A stretch of 63,955 nt of DNA, the filler included, from an uncultured bacterium (GTDB taxonomy: Bacteria; CAYJRR01), in NCBI GenBank assembly GCA_964372275.1. It is 4 parts of 4 records of this genome, joined end to end, with 100 filler letters (N's around TTAATTAATTAA, not from the genome) between each part and the next. Parts side by side here need not be neighbours in the genome. Positions count along the whole stretch, not along the records: positions 1 to 16,194 come from CAYJRR010000101.1; 3 more parts are not named here. One strand, written 5' to 3'. The notes under the pieces were generated by a model that was not told where the DNA came from, did not search any database, and saw only the letters and a list, made by a program, of their open reading frames with translations. Position 1 is the stretch's first letter. The number at the start of each line of letters is the position of its first letter. Position numbers and translations under genes: made by a program. Shown here one piece after another: positions 1 to 9,614 of the stretch.

Positions 1-626
1 GCGATGCCATCTCGCTCTCCGGCGCGGCCGACGGCGCCCTGGCCGAGGTCGGGGCGATGCTCGTCCGGATGCGCGAGCTGGCGATCCAGTCTCTCAACGG
101 CTCGAACGGCACGGAGGAGCGCAAGACGATGGAGACCGAGTACCGGCTCCTGATCGACGAGATCGACCGGCTCGCCCAGGCCACGAAGTTCAACGGCGTG
201 GAGCTGATCGCCGGCGGAACCGACACCGTGTTCCAGGTCGGCAGCGAGAACAACAGCACCAACCGGATCACCGTCAGCGCGGTCAACGCGCTGGTGACCG
301 CGGCCGGCCTGAACATCTTCAGCACGCACGTCTCGAACGCCACGTCAGCCGGCGCCGCCGTCAACCGGATCGACACCGCCATCGACCTGGTGAGCGGTTA
401 CCGGGGCAAGTTCGGCGCGGCCCTGAACCGCGTCAACAGCACCGTCGCCGCCCTGGCCAGCATGATCCAGAACACCATGGCTGCGGAGAGCCGCATCCGC
501 GACGTCGACGTCGCCATGGAGACGGCCGAGTTCACGCGTGCCCAGGTGCAGCAACAGGCGGGCGTCGCCGTCCTTGCGCAGGCGAACACCCTCACCCAGT
601 CTGCGCTCCAGCTCCTCCGATTCTAG
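1..626 (+). CDS. fliC: Flagellin, 5'-truncated (subfamily A)
   Basis: Frame open from position 3 ([27 protein letters not shown]); C-terminal [30 protein letters not shown]. Confidence 0.95.
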   Translation, partial: DAISLSGAADGALAEVGAMLVRMRELAIQSLNGSNGTEERKTMETEYRLLIDEIDRLAQATKFNGVELIAGGTDTVFQVGSENNSTNRITVSAVNALVTAAGLNIFSTHVSNATSAGAAVNRIDTAIDLVSGYRGKFGAALNRVNSTVAALASMIQNTMAAESRIRDVDVAMETAEFTRAQVQQQAGVAVLAQANTLTQSALQLLRF

Positions 627-696
627 TGAAGGATCCGTCCCACCCACCGGCGCACGACGAAAAGGGCCGGCGGCGCACCCGGAAACCCACGCCGAA

Positions 697-712
697 ACCG
701 AATAGGTTCGTT
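697..712. promoter_or_regulatory. Candidate palindromic operator ACCGAA-N4-TTCGTT
   Basis: One of five AT-rich 16-mers of the form A(A/C)C(G/T)AA-N4-TT(C/A)GTT, each upstream of a flagellin block. Confidence 0.45.
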
Positions 713-934
713 CACGATGCAACCATCGCCTGACGACCGGCCCTTCGAGCGGTCGACGCCACGGTGTCCGCCACCTGGACCGGCAGACGGATCGACGATC
801 CGTCCGCCCGGCCCGCGTGTTCCGGCATCCGACTCCACGGCCCGTCGTCCCTCTTGCGGCAACGCTCCGATTCGGCGCCGACTCGGTCGGCCGTCCACGC
901 CCCTTTCTCTCACTCACACCACCAGGAGATCGCC

Positions 935-1765
935 ATGGCAATGACCATCAACACCAACATCGCCAGCGTCGAGGCCCAGCGACACTTGTCGGTCAACTCC
1001 CGACGGCTCGAAAACTCGATTGCCCGACTTTCGAGCGGCCTCCGCATCGCCAGCGCCAGCGACGACGCGGTAGGACTCTCACTGTCGGAAAAGATGCGTG
1101 CCCAGATCCGGTCGCTCCGACAGGCGGAGCGGAACGCCGGCGACGCCATCTCGCTTTCGGGCGCGGCCGACGGCGCCCTGGCCGAAGTCGGCTCGATGCT
1201 CGTCCGGATGCGGGAGCTGGCGATCCAGTCGCTCAACGGGTCCAACGGCACCGAAGAGCGCAAGACGATGGAGACCGAGTACCGCCTCCTGATCGACGAG
1301 ATCGACCGCCTCGCCCAAGCCACAAAGTTCAACGGGGTCGAGCTGATCGCCGGCGGCAACGACACGGTGTTCCAGGTCGGAAGCGAGAACAACAGTACCA
1401 ACCGGATCACCGTCAGCGCCGTCAACGCGCTGGTCTCGGCGGCCGGACTGAACATCCTCAGCACTCACGTCTCGAACGCGGTGTCGGCCGGGGCCGCCGT
1501 CAACCGGATCGATACCGCCATCGACCTGGTGAGCGGCTACCGCGGAAAGTTCGGCGCGGCGCTCAACCGCGTCAACAGCACCGTGGCCGCGCTGGCCAGC
1601 ATGATCCAGAACACCATGGCAGCGGAGAGTCGCATCCGCGACGTCGACGTGGCGCTGGAAACCGCCGAATTCACCAGGGCCCAGGTGCAGCAGCAGGCCG
1701 GCGTCGCGGTTCTAGCGCAAGCGAACACCCTCACCCAGTCCGCTCTGCAGCTCCTTCGTTTCTAG
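935..1765 (+). CDS. fliC: Flagellin, 276 aa (subfamily A)
   Basis: RBS CAGGAG before ATG 935; [23 protein letters not shown]; flagellin C-terminus. Confidence 0.97.
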   Translation: MAMTINTNIASVEAQRHLSVNSRRLENSIARLSSGLRIASASDDAVGLSLSEKMRAQIRSLRQAERNAGDAISLSGAADGALAEVGSMLVRMRELAIQSLNGSNGTEERKTMETEYRLLIDEIDRLAQATKFNGVELIAGGNDTVFQVGSENNSTNRITVSAVNALVSAAGLNILSTHVSNAVSAGAAVNRIDTAIDLVSGYRGKFGAALNRVNSTVAALASMIQNTMAAESRIRDVDVALETAEFTRAQVQQQAGVAVLAQANTLTQSALQLLRF

Positions 1766-1832
1766 CTCCGCGACCGGCCCGCGCGGTCGTTCCGGATCCC
1801 GGTTCCTACACCCACTACACCAGGAGTGAGAC

Positions 1833-2663
1833 ATGGCACTGACCATCAATACCAACATCGCCAGCGTCGAGGCCCAGCGACACCTTTCGGTAAATTCCCG
1901 CCGACTGGAGAACTCCATCGCTCGACTTTCGAGCGGCCTCCGCATCGCAACCGCGAGCGACGACGCGGTAGGCCTCTCGTTGTCGGAGAAGATGCGGGCT
2001 CAGATCCGATCGCTCCGGCAGGCCGAGCGGAACGCCGGCGACGCCATCTCTCTTTCCGGCGCGGCCGATGGCGCGCTGGCCGAGGTCGGCTCGATGCTCG
2101 TCCGGATGCGGGAGCTGGCGATTCAGTCGCTCAACGGATCCAACGGCACGGAAGAGCGAAAGACGATGGAGACCGAGTACCGGCTCCTGATCGACGAGAT
2201 CGACCGGCTCGCCCAGGCCACGAAGTTCAACGGCGTCGAACTGATCGCCGGGGGCAACAGCACGGTGTTCCAGGTCGGAAGCGAGAACAACAGCACCAAC
2301 CGTATCACCGTCAGCGCGGTCAATGCGCTGGTCTCGGCGGCCGGACTGAACATCCTCAGCACCCACGTCTCGAACGCCGTCTCGGCCGGGGCCGCCGTCA
2401 ATCGGATCGACACCGCCATCGACCTGGTGAGCGGGTACCGCGGAAAGTTCGGCGCGGCGCTCAATCGCGTCAACAGCACCATCGCCGCACTGGCCAGCAT
2501 GATCCAGAACACCATGGCCGCGGAAAGCCGCATCCGCGACGTCGACGTGGCGATGGAAACCGCCGAGTTCACGCGATCCCAGGTCCAGCAGCAGGCCGGC
2601 GTCGCCGTGCTCGCTCAAGCGAACACCCTCACCCAGTCCGCGCTCCAGCTGCTCCGATTCTAG
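1833..2663 (+). CDS. fliC: Flagellin, 276 aa (subfamily A)
   Basis: RBS CAGGAG; full N- and C-terminal flagellin motifs; 6 aa differences from 935-1765. Confidence 0.97.
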   Translation: MALTINTNIASVEAQRHLSVNSRRLENSIARLSSGLRIATASDDAVGLSLSEKMRAQIRSLRQAERNAGDAISLSGAADGALAEVGSMLVRMRELAIQSLNGSNGTEERKTMETEYRLLIDEIDRLAQATKFNGVELIAGGNSTVFQVGSENNSTNRITVSAVNALVSAAGLNILSTHVSNAVSAGAAVNRIDTAIDLVSGYRGKFGAALNRVNSTIAALASMIQNTMAAESRIRDVDVAMETAEFTRSQVQQQAGVAVLAQANTLTQSALQLLRF

Positions 2664-2714
2664 CCACGCGCCCACGGTCGCCCGCCCGTTCGAACACTCA
2701 CGAGGGGAAGGCCT

Positions 2715-3545
2715 ATGGCATTGACCATCGCGAACAACATCGCCAGCGTCGAGGCACAACGACACCTGTCGGTCAATTCACGCCGACTTGAGAGCTCCAT
2801 CGCTCGATTGTCGAGCGGCCTCCGGATCGCAACCGCGAGCGACGACGCGGTCGGGCTCTCTTTGTCGGAGAAGATGCGTGCCCAGATCCGATCGCTCCGG
2901 CAGGCCGAACGGAATGCCGGCGACGCCGTCTCGCTTTCCGGAGCGGCCGACGGCGCGTTGGCCGAGGTCGGGTCGATGCTCACCCGAATGCGGGAGTTGG
3001 CGATCCAATCGCTCAACGGCTCGAACGGCACCGAGGAGCGCAAGACGATGGAGACCGAGTACCGGCTCCTCATCGCCGAGATCGACCGGCTCGCCCAGGC
3101 CACGAAGTTCAACGGCGTCGAATTGATCGCCGGCGGCAGCAGCACCGTGTTCCAGGTCGGAAGCGAGAACGACAGTACCAACCGGATCACCGTCAGCGCC
3201 GTCAACGCGCTGGTCTCGGCGGCCGGACTGAACGTCCTCAGCACCCACGTCTCGAACGCCGTCTCGGCCGGAGCTGCCGTCAACCGGATCGACACCGCCA
3301 TCGACCTGGTGAGCGGCTACCGCGGAAAGTTCGGCGCGGCGCTCAATCGCGTCAACAGCACCATCGCCGCCCTGGCCAGCATGATCCAGAACACCATGGC
3401 CGCGGAAAGCCGCATCCGCGATGTCGACGTGGCGCTGGAGACCGCCGAGTTCACGCGGGCCCAGGTCCAACAGCAGGCCGGCGTCGCCGTGCTGGCCCAG
3501 GCGAACACCCTCACCCAGTCCGCGATCGCGCTGCTGCGTTTCTGA
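2715..3545 (+). CDS. fliC: Flagellin, 276 aa (subfamily A)
   Basis: Full flagellin N/C motifs; RBS GAGGGG. Confidence 0.97.
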   Translation: MALTIANNIASVEAQRHLSVNSRRLESSIARLSSGLRIATASDDAVGLSLSEKMRAQIRSLRQAERNAGDAVSLSGAADGALAEVGSMLTRMRELAIQSLNGSNGTEERKTMETEYRLLIAEIDRLAQATKFNGVELIAGGSSTVFQVGSENDSTNRITVSAVNALVSAAGLNVLSTHVSNAVSAGAAVNRIDTAIDLVSGYRGKFGAALNRVNSTIAALASMIQNTMAAESRIRDVDVALETAEFTRAQVQQQAGVAVLAQANTLTQSAIALLRF

Positions 3546-3581
3546 TCCCGTAGCTCGAATCTCGAACGCCGGAGAGACACC

Positions 3582-3965
3582 ATGAACGGACGGCCGACGC
3601 GCGAATGCGCGCCCGTGGCCCCTGCGAACTCCTGGGACTCCACCCTCCTGCTATACGACACGGCCCTCCAGGCCGCGTATCGGGCTGAGCAGGCAATTCG
3701 CCGCGGGGACGATGGCGACCGGCGCCAATGCCTTTCCCGAGCGCTCACGTGCGTGCGCGAGATCTCGGCGTCCGGAGACCTCGGCCTGACACCCGAGCGA
3801 CGCGCCCTTCGCGCGCGGATCCATTCGAGACTGACCGGCCTCCTCTTCACCGCAAACGCCGGCTCGGCGCTGGCCGCGTTGTCGACCGCCTCCCGGATCC
3901 TCGCCGTTCTGCGCGCAGGACACCTTTCCACGGACCGACAGCCGACATCCGCCCTCCTGCACTGA
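3582..3965 (+). CDS. Divergent FliS-like flagellin export chaperone
   Basis: 127 aa; LLYDTAL..A..AI..GD...LSRAL..V.EI...ANA...RIL..LR follows the FliS four-helix pattern; RBS GGAGA; lacks SLD and the C-terminal W. Confidence 0.65.
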   Translation: MNGRPTRECAPVAPANSWDSTLLLYDTALQAAYRAEQAIRRGDDGDRRQCLSRALTCVREISASGDLGLTPERRALRARIHSRLTGLLFTANAGSALAALSTASRILAVLRAGHLSTDRQPTSALLH

Positions 3966-4197
3966 AAGGAGCCGCCATGCCAATGACGCCACCGGGCACC
4001 GGACCGCCCGCCACCGCCTGACCGACTCACGCGGCACGCACATCGAGAACGCTCGCCACCCGAGGCACCCGATTCGCCACCGCCGCTCGAAGGCCGGCGG
4101 ACCGTTTCACCGGACGACGCGGGATCGACCGCCGAGACCGAAACCGAAACGCACCGAAGCGCGATGTCACGCAGGAACGGCGACCTCTCGGACTTTT

Positions 4198-4213
4198 AAC
4201 GAATCAATTAGTT
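4198..4213. promoter_or_regulatory. Candidate palindromic operator AACGAA-N4-TTAGTT
   Basis: Near-perfect inverted repeat in an AT-rich patch ~65 nt upstream of flagellin 4278. Confidence 0.5.
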
Positions 4214-4277
4214 CTTAAAACACGGACGGACCGAGCCCCCGGAAGGACCGGCGGGCCGGATCAAAGGGGAAATCGAA

Positions 4278-5114
4278 ATGTCCATCTTCATCAATTCGAA
4301 CCAGGCGAGCATCACCGCGCAACGAAGTCTCGCGGAGAGCACCCGACGCCTCGAGCGATCCGTCGCCCGACTGTCGAGCGGACTTCGCATCAATACCGGC
4401 GCGGACGACCCGGCCGGACTCGCGATCTCCGACAGACTCAAGGCGCAGATCCGGTCCTACCAGCAGGCGCAGCGGAACGGAGCCGACGCCGCCTCCCTGT
4501 CCGCGCTCGCGGACGGTCAAGCCGGCGAGATCACCGAACTGCTCGTCCGGATGCGCGAGCTTGCCGTCGAGGCGTTGAACGGCACCACCACGACAAGCGA
4601 CAGGGAAGCGCTCGACGAGGAGTACCAGGACCTGATCGACGAGATCGACCGCATTGCCAAGACCACCGAGTTCAACGGGATCAATCTCCTGGACGGAACG
4701 GTGAGCTCGATCGAGTTCCAGATCGGCATCGCGAGCGCCGCGGCCGATCGGATCAAGCTGAGCCTCACCGATCTCACCGTCTCGAGCGGCGGACTCGACG
4801 TCGGCTCGACGACCCTCGACGACACCGCCGCGAACATCCAGAACTACATCGACAAGATCGACACCGCCATCGACGAGGTGAGCAAGGCTCGCAGCAAGTT
4901 CGGAGGAACCTCCGCCCGCGTCGACTTCGCCCTCTCCGCCATTGGAACGCTCGTGCAGAACCTTTCGGCGGCGGAAAGTCGGATCCGCGATCTCGACATC
5001 GCGGCGGAGACCGCGGAGTTCGCGCGAAACCAACTGATGCAGGAGGCCGGCGTCGCGGTACTCGCCCAGGCGAACTCGCTCCCGGAGATCGCGATCTCGC
5101 TCCTTCGGTTCTAG
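4278..5114 (+). CDS. fliC: Flagellin, 278 aa (divergent, acidic)
   Basis: RLSSGLRIN..ADDPAG; TEFNGINLLDG; NLSAAESRIRDLD; AQANSLP..LLRF. Confidence 0.95.
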   Translation: MSIFINSNQASITAQRSLAESTRRLERSVARLSSGLRINTGADDPAGLAISDRLKAQIRSYQQAQRNGADAASLSALADGQAGEITELLVRMRELAVEALNGTTTTSDREALDEEYQDLIDEIDRIAKTTEFNGINLLDGTVSSIEFQIGIASAAADRIKLSLTDLTVSSGGLDVGSTTLDDTAANIQNYIDKIDTAIDEVSKARSKFGGTSARVDFALSAIGTLVQNLSAAESRIRDLDIAAETAEFARNQLMQEAGVAVLAQANSLPEIAISLLRF

Positions 5115-5472
5115 CCCCCCGCTTCCTGCGAAAACCGCTCCATTCCGTACGTGAACCTGATCGGACGAATGACCTTCGCCTCGCCGCCGTTCGCCGGGCA
5201 CGACCGATACGGGAGAGTTACCCCCTTTTCTCTCCCGCGGCGTGCCCGGCGGCCGGCGTCGAGGCGATGCCCTCGCGCAGCTTGCCGTCCGCCGTCGGCT
5301 TCCGGTCGAACTTCGCCTCGTCTTCGGAGTCGCGGCGCCGCCCGTGGGAAGTCACCCCCTTTCTTCCCCGCGGCGTCGCACTCCGGAGACGCGCCGACGG
5401 CCGCAGCGCCGTATCGCGGAAGACTCGTTGGACAACGTCGCACGGCGTCGCCGCCGTAGAGGTCCGCCGACC

Positions 5473-6303
5473 ATGAACGTGACCATTCGAACGAACGTCT
5501 ATTCGCTCGTCGCGCGTCGCAACATCGCCCAGGCCACACGCGATATCGAGCGCTCCGTCGAGAGACTCTCGTCCGGACTCCGCATCAACTCGGCCGCCGA
5601 CGACCCGTCGGGCCTTCGGATTGCTGACGGATTGAAGTCGAAGATCCGATCGCTGGAATCGGCGCGACGCAATGCCGAAGACGGAGTCTCGCTGACCGAC
5701 GTCGCGGACGGTACGCTCGACGAGGTGAACAACATGCTCACGCGAATGCGCGAGCTCGCCGTCGAATCTCTCAATGGCACGCTGTCCACCGACGACCGGG
5801 ACGTGCTCCAGGAGGAGTTCGACGACCTCCGCGACGAGATCGGCCGGCTCGCATCCACCACCGAGTTCAACGACATCGGTCTGCTGGACGGGCAGGTGAC
5901 GTCGGTCAAGATACACGTGGGCCATGATCCGGGCGCGGTCAATCGCGTCACCATCGAACTCGCCGACACCCGGGTCACCACGCTCGGGATCGCCACGATC
6001 ATGGTGAACGTCGGCACGACGGCGTCCGACACCGCTATCGACAAGCTGGACATCGCCATCGGAAAGGTCTCCGAAGCGCGCGGAAAGTTCGGGGCCGCCG
6101 CCTCCCGGCTCGAGGCTGCAGAGTCTTCGATCGATTCCCTTCTCGCCGGGTTCGGATCGGCGGAGAGCGCGATCCGGGACGCCGACATCGCCGCGGAGAC
6201 GGCCGACCTGGTCCGGTCGCAGATCATCCAGGAGGCCGGGATCGCGGTGCTGACCCAGTCGCAATCGATCTACAGGACGGCGCTGAAGTTGCTGTCGTTT
6301 TGA
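5473..6303 (+). CDS. fliC: Flagellin, 276 aa (most divergent copy)
   Basis: MNVTIRTN..RLSSGLRINSAADDPSG..RMRELAV..TEFND..AESAIRDAD..LLSF; ATG 5473 gives normal length. Confidence 0.93.
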   Translation: MNVTIRTNVYSLVARRNIAQATRDIERSVERLSSGLRINSAADDPSGLRIADGLKSKIRSLESARRNAEDGVSLTDVADGTLDEVNNMLTRMRELAVESLNGTLSTDDRDVLQEEFDDLRDEIGRLASTTEFNDIGLLDGQVTSVKIHVGHDPGAVNRVTIELADTRVTTLGIATIMVNVGTTASDTAIDKLDIAIGKVSEARGKFGAAASRLEAAESSIDSLLAGFGSAESAIRDADIAAETADLVRSQIIQEAGIAVLTQSQSIYRTALKLLSF

Positions 6304-6327
6304 ACCGCGGTCTACGATGCGTGGGTG

Positions 6328-7413
6328 ATGTCGAAGAGCGGCAAGAAGCCGATCGACGTTCGGAAGCTCGCGGGGTCCGGCGCGACGGAGATCGTCGCGG
6401 GTCAGGGGTACTTCCCCGTCCTGGACCAGGCGAGCGCGGACGGCGATCTCTACTGCGTCCTCCGCGGGGGAGCGGCCCATTTCGGGAACCGGGGCCGCGT
6501 CGACCTCGTCGTCTCCCGCGACGGCGGAAAGACCTTCACCGCGCCGAAGGTGGTTGCAAGCAGCGATTGGGACGACCGGAACCCGGCGCTTGGCGTCGCA
6601 CCGGACGGGGCCTTGGTGCTCGCGTACTGGAGATACGGATCGTACGAACCCGACGGCTCGCTGAACCGATCGCTGTATCGATACGAAACCTGCGTCGTTC
6701 GCTCCGAAAACAAGGGGGAGTCCTGGTCCCGGTCCGCCCTCGACAGCGCGCCCTACGTCACTCCCTCGCCGTACGGCCGGATCGTCACCTTGCCCGGCGA
6801 TCCGCCGACGCTCCTGCTCCCGGTCTACGGCCCCCGCCTTCCGAAGACGTGGGCCGGGCGCGAGACGGAGTTCTGGACGGGATTCGTCCGGTCGACCGAC
6901 GGAGGACGGACCTTCGGCGAATCGACCATCGCGGCGGCGAACTACAACGAAGCGTCGTACGTTCTCCTCCCCGATCGGGTTCTTCTCGGCGCGTTCCGTA
7001 CGACCGGCCGGGACGCCGCGATCCACGTCGCTCGCTCCAAGGACGGCGGTCGCACCTTTTCCGAACCGCGTCCCGTCACCGAAGCGAACGAACACCCGGC
7101 CGACCTCGTCGTCCTTTCCGACGGGTCGGTCCTCCTCGTCTACGGACATCGACGCGAGCCGTACGGAGTCCGAGCCCGCGTTTCGCGCGACGGGGGGGAG
7201 TCCTGGATCGACCGGACGCTCGTTCTCGCGGACGACGGATCGACGATCGACTGCGGGTACCCGTCGGTCGTTCGCCGAAAGGACGGAACGATCCTCGTCG
7301 CCTACTACTCGAGTCCCGATACGGCGGACGTCCAGAACGGCGTGATCAAGGGAGCCTGGGCGAAGCTCCTCCGATTCGACGAGCGCGCTCTTCTCGCGGC
7401 CATCGATCGATGA
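6328..7413 (+). CDS. BNR/Asp-box sialidase-fold (GH33-like) protein
   Basis: Five Asp-boxes (SRDGGKTF, SENKGESW, STDGGRTF, SKDGGRTF, SRDGGESW) and C-terminal GYPS motif; no obvious signal peptide; alternative GTG start 6325. Confidence 0.8.
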   Translation: MSKSGKKPIDVRKLAGSGATEIVAGQGYFPVLDQASADGDLYCVLRGGAAHFGNRGRVDLVVSRDGGKTFTAPKVVASSDWDDRNPALGVAPDGALVLAYWRYGSYEPDGSLNRSLYRYETCVVRSENKGESWSRSALDSAPYVTPSPYGRIVTLPGDPPTLLLPVYGPRLPKTWAGRETEFWTGFVRSTDGGRTFGESTIAAANYNEASYVLLPDRVLLGAFRTTGRDAAIHVARSKDGGRTFSEPRPVTEANEHPADLVVLSDGSVLLVYGHRREPYGVRARVSRDGGESWIDRTLVLADDGSTIDCGYPSVVRRKDGTILVAYYSSPDTADVQNGVIKGAWAKLLRFDERALLAAIDR

Positions 7414-7429
7414 TGTAATTCGAGTCAAC

Positions 7430-8458
7430 GTGCGCTACTTCGAAGGAAAATCCGTCCTCATCACGGGCGGAACCGGGTCGCTCGGCAAGGCCCTCACCCG
7501 ACTGCTCCTTTCGGAAGCCCTCGTTCGGAAGCTGGTCATCTACAGCCGGGACGAATTGAAGCAGTTCGAGATGTCCCAGATGAAAGGGATCGGGGACGAC
7601 CGGAGGACGCGGTTCTTCCTCGGCGACGTCCGGGACCGGGACCGCCTGGCGCGGGCGTTCGAGGGCGTCGACATCGTGATCCACGCCGCGGCGCTGAAGC
7701 AGGTACCGGCCGCCGAATACAACCCGTTCGAGGCCGTGAAGACGAACATCATCGGCGCGCAGAACATCATCGACGCGGCGATCGATTGCCGTGTGCCGCG
7801 GGTGATCGCGCTCTCGACCGACAAGGCGGCGAACCCGGTCAACCTGTACGGGGCGACCAAGCTCTGTTCGGACAAGTTGTTCGTCGCCGGCAACGCCTAC
7901 GTCGGCGCCAACCAGACCCGGTTCGCGGTCGTCCGCTACGGAAACGTGGTCGGAAGCCGCGGAAGCGTCATCGGCCTGTTCCTCCGCATGCGGAACGAAT
8001 CGGTTCTCCCGATCACCGACGCCCGGATGACCCGATTCTGGATCACGATCGAGCACGCCGCGCGTTTCGTCGTCGACTGCGCGTGCAAGATGAGCGGCGG
8101 CGAGATCTTCGTGCCGAAGCTTCCGAGCACCAAGATCACCGACGTCGCCCGGGCGATCAACCCCAAGGCCCGGCACGAGATGATCGGGATCCGGCCGGGG
8201 GAGAAGCTGCACGAGGTGATGATCCCCGAGGACGACGCGCGCAAGGCGCTCGACATCGGCGATCGATACGTCGTCCTGCCCCCGCAGGAGTGGCGCGCGA
8301 CGGACCGCGAGTTTTCCGGAAAGCCGTGCCCGGAGGGATTCCGGTACGCGTCCGACGCCAACGAGAAGTGGCTCAATACCGAGGAGATCCGGAAGATGAT
8401 CGCCCTGCTCGACCTGCCCGATGCGAAGGAGTGGGCCAAGGAGCAGGGGCTCGCCTGA
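7430..8458 (+). CDS. pseB: UDP-N-acetylglucosamine 4,6-dehydratase (inverting)
   Basis: TGGTGSLG, YSRDELKQ, HAAALKQVPAAEYNPFE, LSTDKA.NP.NLYGATK, RYGNV.GSRGSV, GIRPGEKLHE. Confidence 0.93.
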   Translation: MRYFEGKSVLITGGTGSLGKALTRLLLSEALVRKLVIYSRDELKQFEMSQMKGIGDDRRTRFFLGDVRDRDRLARAFEGVDIVIHAAALKQVPAAEYNPFEAVKTNIIGAQNIIDAAIDCRVPRVIALSTDKAANPVNLYGATKLCSDKLFVAGNAYVGANQTRFAVVRYGNVVGSRGSVIGLFLRMRNESVLPITDARMTRFWITIEHAARFVVDCACKMSGGEIFVPKLPSTKITDVARAINPKARHEMIGIRPGEKLHEVMIPEDDARKALDIGDRYVVLPPQEWRATDREFSGKPCPEGFRYASDANEKWLNTEEIRKMIALLDLPDAKEWAKEQGLA

Positions 8459-8465
8459 ACCGACG

Positions 8466-9614
8466 ATGAAGCTTCCATACGGTCGCCAGCTGATCGACGA
8501 GGAGGACGTCCAGGCGGTCGTCGGCGTGCTGCGAGGCGACTGGTTGACCCAGGGTCCCGCGGTCGACCGGTTCGAGGAGGCGCTCGCGGCGTCGACGGGC
8601 GCGAGGCACGCGGTGGTCGTCGCCAACGGGACCGTCGCCCTCCACCTGGCCTGCCTCGCCGCCGGGCTCGGTCCCGGGGATGAGGGGATCACCTCGCCGA
8701 TCACGTTTGCCGCGAGCGCCAACGCCGTCGTCTACTGCGGCGGAACGCCGCGATTCGCCGACATCGACGCGGCGACCTGGAACATCGACCCACAAGCGCT
8801 GGCGGAGCGGATCAACAGCCGCACCAAGGTAGTGATCCCGGTCCACTTCGCCGGGCTTCCATGCGATCTACGCGCGATCCGCGAAACCGCCGACCGGACA
8901 GGTGCGGTGGTGGTGGCCGACGCCTGCCACGCGCTCGGCGCCGAGCTCGGCGGGAGCGCCATCGGTGGCACCGGGTTCGCGCAGATGACGTGCCTCTCCT
9001 TCCATCCGGTGAAGCACATCACCACCGGCGAAGGGGGCGCGGTCCTGACCGACGATCCCCTGCTCGCCAAGACCCTCCGCCGGCTCCGGCATCACGGGAT
9101 CGTCAACGATCCGGCGGAGATCGCCGCCGACCAGGGCGGCTGGTACCACGAGATCCAGGCGATCGGCTACAACGCGCGACTCACCGACCTCCAGTGCGCG
9201 CTCGGCACCAGTCAGCTCGCGAAGCTCCCGCGCTTCCTCGAGCGGCGGCGCGCCATCGCTGCGCGGTACCTCCGCGCGTTCGCCGACGTGCCAGGGCTGC
9301 GGACGCAGGCGCTCCCCGCCGGCCGCGCGCACGCCTACCATCTGTTCGTGGTGCACCTCGACCCGGCGAAACACGACCGGCGCCGCGTCTACGACCGGCT
9401 CCGGACGAATGGGATCTACAGCCAGGTGCACTACATCCCGGTCCACCTTCACCCGTTCTATCGCCGTACCTTCGGCTACCGTCCCGGCGATTTCCCCCAC
9501 GCGGAGCGGTACTACGCCGGTGCCTTGAGCTTGCCGATCTTCCCGGCGATGGGAGACGCCGACGTCGACACGGTGATCGGCGCGCTGCGGCAGGCTCTCG
9601 GGTCGAGCGCATGA
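8466..9614 (+). CDS. pseC: PLP-dependent UDP-sugar aminotransferase (DegT family, PseC type)
   Basis: LPYGRQ.I..ED, LTQGP, DACHALG, SFHPVKHITTGEGG, VHYIPVH; directly after pseB. Confidence 0.9.
   Translation: MKLPYGRQLIDEEDVQAVVGVLRGDWLTQGPAVDRFEEALAASTGARHAVVVANGTVALHLACLAAGLGPGDEGITSPITFAASANAVVYCGGTPRFADIDAATWNIDPQALAERINSRTKVVIPVHFAGLPCDLRAIRETADRTGAVVVADACHALGAELGGSAIGGTGFAQMTCLSFHPVKHITTGEGGAVLTDDPLLAKTLRRLRHHGIVNDPAEIAADQGGWYHEIQAIGYNARLTDLQCALGTSQLAKLPRFLERRRAIAARYLRAFADVPGLRTQALPAGRAHAYHLFVVHLDPAKHDRRRVYDRLRTNGIYSQVHYIPVHLHPFYRRTFGYRPGDFPHAERYYAGALSLPIFPAMGDADVDTVIGALRQALGSSA

Noticed and set aside
764-934. N-terminal extensions in the ORF track (flagellins from 764 and 5242, FapA from 8861, PurL from 26162, SpeE from 18576, Ppx from 32287)
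   Set aside because: Downstream starts give family-typical lengths, mostly with an RBS or coupling to the previous gene; not real fusions
915-934. CAGGA/GAGGA motifs before flagellin starts as CsrA sites
   Set aside because: Cannot be distinguished from ordinary Shine-Dalgarno sequences; no csrA or fliW in the window
4063-4077. Sigma54-like AGGCACCCGATTCGC (GG-N10-GC)
   Set aside because: Single imperfect match, plausible by chance in GC-rich DNA; needs TSS data
1-6303. Flagellin array as silent antigenic-variation cassettes or an assembly duplication
   Set aside because: Complete copies are full length, most with their own RBS, and differ at many synonymous sites; no recombinase or invertible repeats seen
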